DNA from: Mayamaea pseudoterrestris
Lineage: Eukaryota
Direction: 5' to 3'
Length of the DNA: 64,000 nt
NCBI GenBank assembly: GCA_027923505.1
Contig: BROI01000004.1
Coordinates: 186,001 to 250,000 of the forward strand
Part shown: positions 59,399 through 64,000 of the stretch, one piece after another
Numbering within the stretch: the stretch's first letter is position 1
Layout of the letters: each line of letters begins with the position of its first letter
Made by a program: the position numbers and the translations under genes
Notes under the pieces: generated by a model
The model's input: the letters and a program-made list of their open reading frames with translations, nothing else
Database searches by the model: none
Told to the model about the DNA's origin: nothing

Positions 59399-61078
59399 AT
59401 GAAATACCAAACGACATGTGTACTTGCCGCACTAGCTTCAGGCAGTGCCTTTGCTCCCAATAGAGGACACGCCAGGTAAGATTCAAAATCCTTCGCCCTG
59501 CCGTCTCTCATGCCGGCAGACGTGCACCTCTCGCCGTCATCTCACTATCGAATCTCTTTTCGTGTTACAGAAAATCATCAAATCTCCAAGTTTCTCTTTC
59601 CCCTCCATCATCCACATCTGCCACGAGCAATAGTGACTGGAACCCGGGCACTTGGCGCAGCAAGCAAGTTGCCCAAGGCCCAAACTACACTGACCCTGCG
59701 CAGCTAGACGACGCCATGACGAAACTCCGCAAGTCGTCCCCGTTAGTCTTTGCTGGTGAGGTTCGATCGCTCCATGAGCAACTCGCTAGAGCCAGTCAGG
59801 GACAGGGCTTTCTGTTAATGGGAGGCGACTGCGCCGAAGCCTTTGACGAGTTCAACGTTGATCACGTTCGCGACACTTTCCGAGTCATTCTGCAAATGTC
59901 TCTCGTCTTGACCTTTGGCGGTGCCATGCCAATCATCAAGGTTGGTCGCATGGCTGGACAGTTTGCCAAGCCTCGTTCCGAACCTGATGAAGAACGAGAT
60001 GGTGTCGCACTTCCAAGCTACCGCGGTGACATTATCAACCGCGAAGACTTTACTCCAGAAGCCCGCGCGCACAATCCGCACAACATGGTGCAGGCTTACC
60101 ATCAGTCGGCGCAGACGCTTAACATTTTGAGAGCCTTTTCGACGGGTGGTTATGCCGATATCAGTCGGCTGCATGCGTGGAATCTGGATTTTGTGGAGCA
60201 AACGGATGAAGGGAGTCGGTGAGTGCGGCGTAAAATAAATGTAAAAGTAAGTGTTTCTCAGTTCATTGGACTCATGAACCATTTTTTTGTAATCACCTTT
60301 TTGAAGTTACCGACAGTTTGCAACAAAGGTGGACGAGTCGCTCCGCTTCATGAAGGCCATTGGCGTCGACACAACTACGCCAAAGTTTACGCAAACTGAT
60401 TTCTTTGTTGCTCACGAATGTTTGCTTCTTCCGTACGAGGAAGCACTAACCCGTGAAGACTCCACCACGGGTCGCTGGTATGATTGCTCCGGTCACATGC
60501 TTTGGGTTGGGGAGCGTACGCGACAGTTGGATGGCGCACACTTGGAATTTTGCCGCGGCATTGGCAATCCACTTGGAGTCAAGATTTCCGACAAGTGCAG
60601 TCCGGAGGAACTGATTCGTATTATTGACACCATGAACCCCAAGAATATTCCTGGCCGATTGACTATTATTGTACGCATGGGTGCCGACAAGTTGCGTAAA
60701 AACATGCCAGGCTTGATTCGGGCCGTCCAACGTGAAGGCAAGAGCGTTGTGTGGGTTTCCGATCCAGTGCATGGAAATACTCGCAAGACGGACAATGGAT
60801 TCAAGACGCGCGACTTTGATAGCATTCGGGCCGAGCTTCGGGCGTTCTTCGATGTGCACGATGAAATGGGAAGTCATCCGGGTGGTGTGCATTTGGAAAT
60901 GACTGGTGAGGATGTTACCGAGTGTACGGGTGGAGTAAGTGGAGTAACGGAAGGCACCTTGAATGAGCGTTACCACACGTACTGCGATCCTCGGTTGAAT
61001 GGTGCGCAGGCACTGGAGTTGGCCTTTTTGATTGCTGAGCGGCTACGAGCACGAACAGGACTTCCACCAATTGAGTAA
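59399..61078 (+). CDS. Class II DAHP synthase, plastid-targeted; introns 59476-59570 and 60219-60306
   Basis: Signal plus [69 protein letters not shown]. Confidence 0.96.
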
Positions 61079-61154
61079 ACAATAAGGTTATATACAGTGC
61101 TTGATTGTAGATGCAGCTGTGTTCACTGCCACTCGATTAGTCGCAAGCATACTC

Positions 61155-61882
61155 CTACCACCTCTTCTCCCACGGCACGCCCGATTGCAGCTCCAACGCA
61201 AGTTGCAAAGCAAATGCCAGCATGGCCAATCGACAGTGTTCAAGTTCACAAACCAGCTCTCGCTCGTGCTTGCTCTTGTCGCGAGTCCCAAACCATCCCA
61301 CGCCGTAGTCGCCCGGCATGCTGTGTAAGGAAGAAATGCATTAGTTATTCTTAGTCTGTTGGTACACAGCAACGACTGGCATACGCCTTCATCTTACCTT
61401 GATGTTTCCGGCATGACGAGGATGAACTCCAGAACCAAGCAAACACCAACCACCTTGAACGCGTCATCGAGCGACAACTTGTTCGTCGTAATGCCTCCAT
61501 TCATGGACAACAAATGTCGTCGGAGCGCCGCACCATCTTTTCCCAGGAATGATAGAATCGAGCGAAGAAGATTGTTGGGATTGGTGAATAGCTTGTGCAA
61601 AATTGGAATGGTAATTGTTTGTGCGAGAGCCGCCATGGCAACTCTACCAGCCTTGAGTTCCGATTCGCGTAGTCTTGCAAAGTTGTCCGTCGTCGCTATT
61701 CCCAGTGGATCAAAGTAGTAGAATTCTTCGTTATCGCGACGCAGAAACACCGAAAGTGTTGGACTGCATCCCATTTCCTGCGAAATGCTTGGTTTCGGTT
61801 GGAAGGCTGTGACGGGATGCTGCGTCAAGGCGGCAAACATGGCGAATGTAAGGACAACCAGAATTGGAGGAAATCTGTTCAT
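61155..61882 (-). CDS. Divergent light-harvesting complex (LHC/FCP-like) protein; intron 61321-61397
   Basis: Signal plus VTAFQP, FDPLG, RESELKAGRVAM. Spliced exon 2 gives MPGDYG...ELEHCRLAMLAF. Confidence 0.85.
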
Positions 61883-62210
61883 CCAGATGCGTCTTCTAAA
61901 GAAGCAGCATTTACAGCATGATTTGGTTGGCAATTGTTGCCGATGGCGTCGGCAAGGACTCATTCGTCAAAGGAAAGATTGAAGGAAACCAAGGGTCAAG
62001 ACGATAGCAGTAGATCAGTCACTTGTCCTCAGCATGTAACACTCCCTCTTTGACTAGGTTCGTCTATCTATTTGTACTGCACTACACAGAAATGGTGTGA
62101 TCGAGGATCTTCCGCATCGCAGACGAATTCGATGAATGCTCGCGCGAGCTTCCATGTCGGAACGAGAAATAAATGGCGGTAACGAAGTGGTCCGGAGGCA
62201 ATAGTATGCA

Positions 62211-62552
62211 TGACGTCATTGACACTGGCACTTGTTTCACAGTATTGTCACGTGACGCAGTTTTCATTGGCACTCGTTTCGCAATATTGCCTAGTGACGT
62301 AGTTTTCATTGGTACTCGTTTCGTACTATTGCCTAGTGACGTAGTTTTCACTGGCATTCGTTTCATGTTACTGCCTTGTGACGTAATTGACACTGGCACT
62401 CGTTTCACAATATTGCCTCGTGACGTAGTTTTCACTGGCACTCGTTTCGTCATATTGCCTCGTGACGTAGTTTACACTGGCACTCGTTTCGTACTATTGC
62501 CATGTGACGTAATTGACACTGGCACTCGTTTCACAATATTGCCTCATGACGT
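62211..62552. repeat. 42-bp minisatellite, 8 full units plus start of a ninth, each beginning TGACGY
   Basis: TGACG(T/C) at 62211, 62253, 62295, 62337, 62379, 62421, 62463, 62505 and 62547. Confidence 0.95.
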
Positions 62553-62673
62553 AAACTGTGCAGGTGGCGCGCCGTGGCTTGTTCCAACTCCAATTTTGCG
62601 GCAATAACCACTCAAAGAGGTTGAGAAGAGGAGCAACACAGCAGCTCTCCTTCTTTTCCTACCATAGTTTAAT

Positions 62674-63846
62674 ATGCTTGATAGCATCTTGTCAATTTTC
62701 GGTATTGGAAAGCGAGTCGCCGTTGAAAACATTGGCGAAACTCCAGCCGTGGCAGCCAACGACCATTTAGAACGAATGGAGGAGGATGCTCCAGTCTCAG
62801 CCGTAAAGCAGGGGAGTTTAGTTGCTGCAGAAACAAATAATGGCGCTGACATGGACATTGTGCAAGATACTCCTCTTGAGCCTGATGCGTTGTATGGCTC
62901 TGGCACTATTGTGTCAAGAGGAAAGGCAGATGCGTCGCCTGCGACGAAAATGAACACTAACGAGACTCGAGTCGTTGCAGAGCCCCAAAAACCAAGTAAA
63001 GATTCACGGATAGTTATTAAAGAGATTCCCGTCGCCACGAAACAGGAATCTGCGTCGCAAACGGCTGTTGCTCGAGACGGGCAGCAAAGAATACCTCCAC
63101 CCTCCTCGCCGTCAGTGTCAGCAACGAATACATCAATATCCACTCCATCTGAAACATCCAGTATAGATGATTGCGTATCAACATCTGTCCCTTTACAAGA
63201 ACGTAAAGCAGCATCAACTATGGACGAAAAGAATATATCTTCCTCCACCGCAGAGAATCGCGCATCTGCGCTAGTTGATGACATGAAAGGCTCGGCGCGA
63301 AACAATCCTATTACGCCGTTTGCTGGCTTGGCGTTACCAGCAGCCGAAACAACAGCAGCAGCCGAAGCAGCATCAGCTCCAAGTCCTCCTGTTCCTACGA
63401 AATGCTACAAGTGTCACAAGCGCCGGCCCGAGGGCTGCTCCAAGTCCGCCTGTTTCGCTTGCTGCGATGACTTGAGATGCGTTCCGCACAAGCGCACACG
63501 CGATCAAGCATTGCTGAAGACGCAAATACTGCAAGGCACAACACCCATCCAACTACGCGCAGCCGAGATTCGCTCACGGCGGATTCCCGACAAGCGACGC
63601 TTCGTCAAGGAGCCAGGTTTTCTGTATACTGGCGATACAATAATGATATGGAATGTTCGCGAGTTTTTGAGCAATTCCAAGTGGAAAGATGATGCCATTC
63701 GCAAGTGTTTGCGGCGAATGGAGCGAAGCAAAGTTGGGAAGAAGCTCACAGCACAGAAGCGGCTTGGTAATAGTCGAAGGCGGTTTCGCCGTTTCATTCA
63801 ACGAAGACTGGAAGAAAACATGGCAAAGGAGCCGTCAGTCGCTTAA
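62674..63846 (+). CDS. Hypothetical protein: low-complexity N-terminus, Cys/His cluster (putative zinc finger), basic C-terminus
   Basis: 390-aa ORF with CYKC..GC...CFACCDDLRCVPH. Confidence 0.75.
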   Translation: MLDSILSIFGIGKRVAVENIGETPAVAANDHLERMEEDAPVSAVKQGSLVAAETNNGADMDIVQDTPLEPDALYGSGTIVSRGKADASPATKMNTNETRVVAEPQKPSKDSRIVIKEIPVATKQESASQTAVARDGQQRIPPPSSPSVSATNTSISTPSETSSIDDCVSTSVPLQERKAASTMDEKNISSSTAENRASALVDDMKGSARNNPITPFAGLALPAAETTAAAEAASAPSPPVPTKCYKCHKRRPEGCSKSACFACCDDLRCVPHKRTRDQALLKTQILQGTTPIQLRAAEIRSRRIPDKRRFVKEPGFLYTGDTIMIWNVREFLSNSKWKDDAIRKCLRRMERSKVGKKLTAQKRLGNSRRRFRRFIQRRLEENMAKEPSVA

Positions 63847-63882
63847 TGCAAATTGTAGCGCTATACATTTTAATGTAATTCT

Positions 63883-64000
63883 CTAATCGCTCTCATCCTC
63901 ATCAACTTCATTCTTCGCTTCATGTTCGTATGCACCCTTGTCAAGCTTCTCCAACAAATGCGGCGTTATAAATTGATTCATGGTGAACATGGTCACTTTA
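63883..64000 (-). CDS. 3' end of a gene, probable SWIB/MDM2-domain protein
   Basis: KVTMFTMNQFITPHLLEK...DEDESD*. Confidence 0.6.
   Translation of the reverse strand, partial: KVTMFTMNQFITPHLLEKLDKGAYEHEAKNEVDEDESD

Noticed and set aside
62082..62607. 14-aa repeat proteins on both strands of the 42-bp minisatellite
   Set aside because: Open frames are expected from a stop-free 42-bp unit, and the location is a divergent promoter region. Coding is not excluded but is unsupported.

Overview
Eukaryotic nuclear DNA, most likely a diatom. The evidence is short GT-AG introns, an ASAFAP-type bipartite plastid signal, an LHC/FCP-type gene and CoDi-like Ty1/copia elements. The window alternates two repeat domains (1-18 kb, 33.6-59 kb) with two compact gene islands (18.1-33.6 kb, 59.4-64 kb). 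The repeat domains hold about 8 CpG-poor satellite families, most with monomers of ~169-182 bp or ~350 bp, plus a DIRS-like RT relic, an old CpG-deaminated copia relic, three copies of a young chromodomain-bearing copia (two head-to-tail) and a ~1 kb LTR that interrupts an FBPase gene. The most unusual signals are: (i) a 206-bp LTR-like unit at ~14.3 kb, directly after a copia-like pol tail and polypurine tract, which embeds a tRNA-like Pol III cassette (A box, B box/T-arm, acceptor-like stem, T4 terminator) and has non-canonical TAGCAGG...CCTGCTA termini; (ii) a 42-bp-phased array of nine TGACGY (bZIP/aureochrome-type) sites upstream of a divergent LHC gene. Several repeat junctions show indel-rich degradation, so assembly chimerism cannot be excluded.
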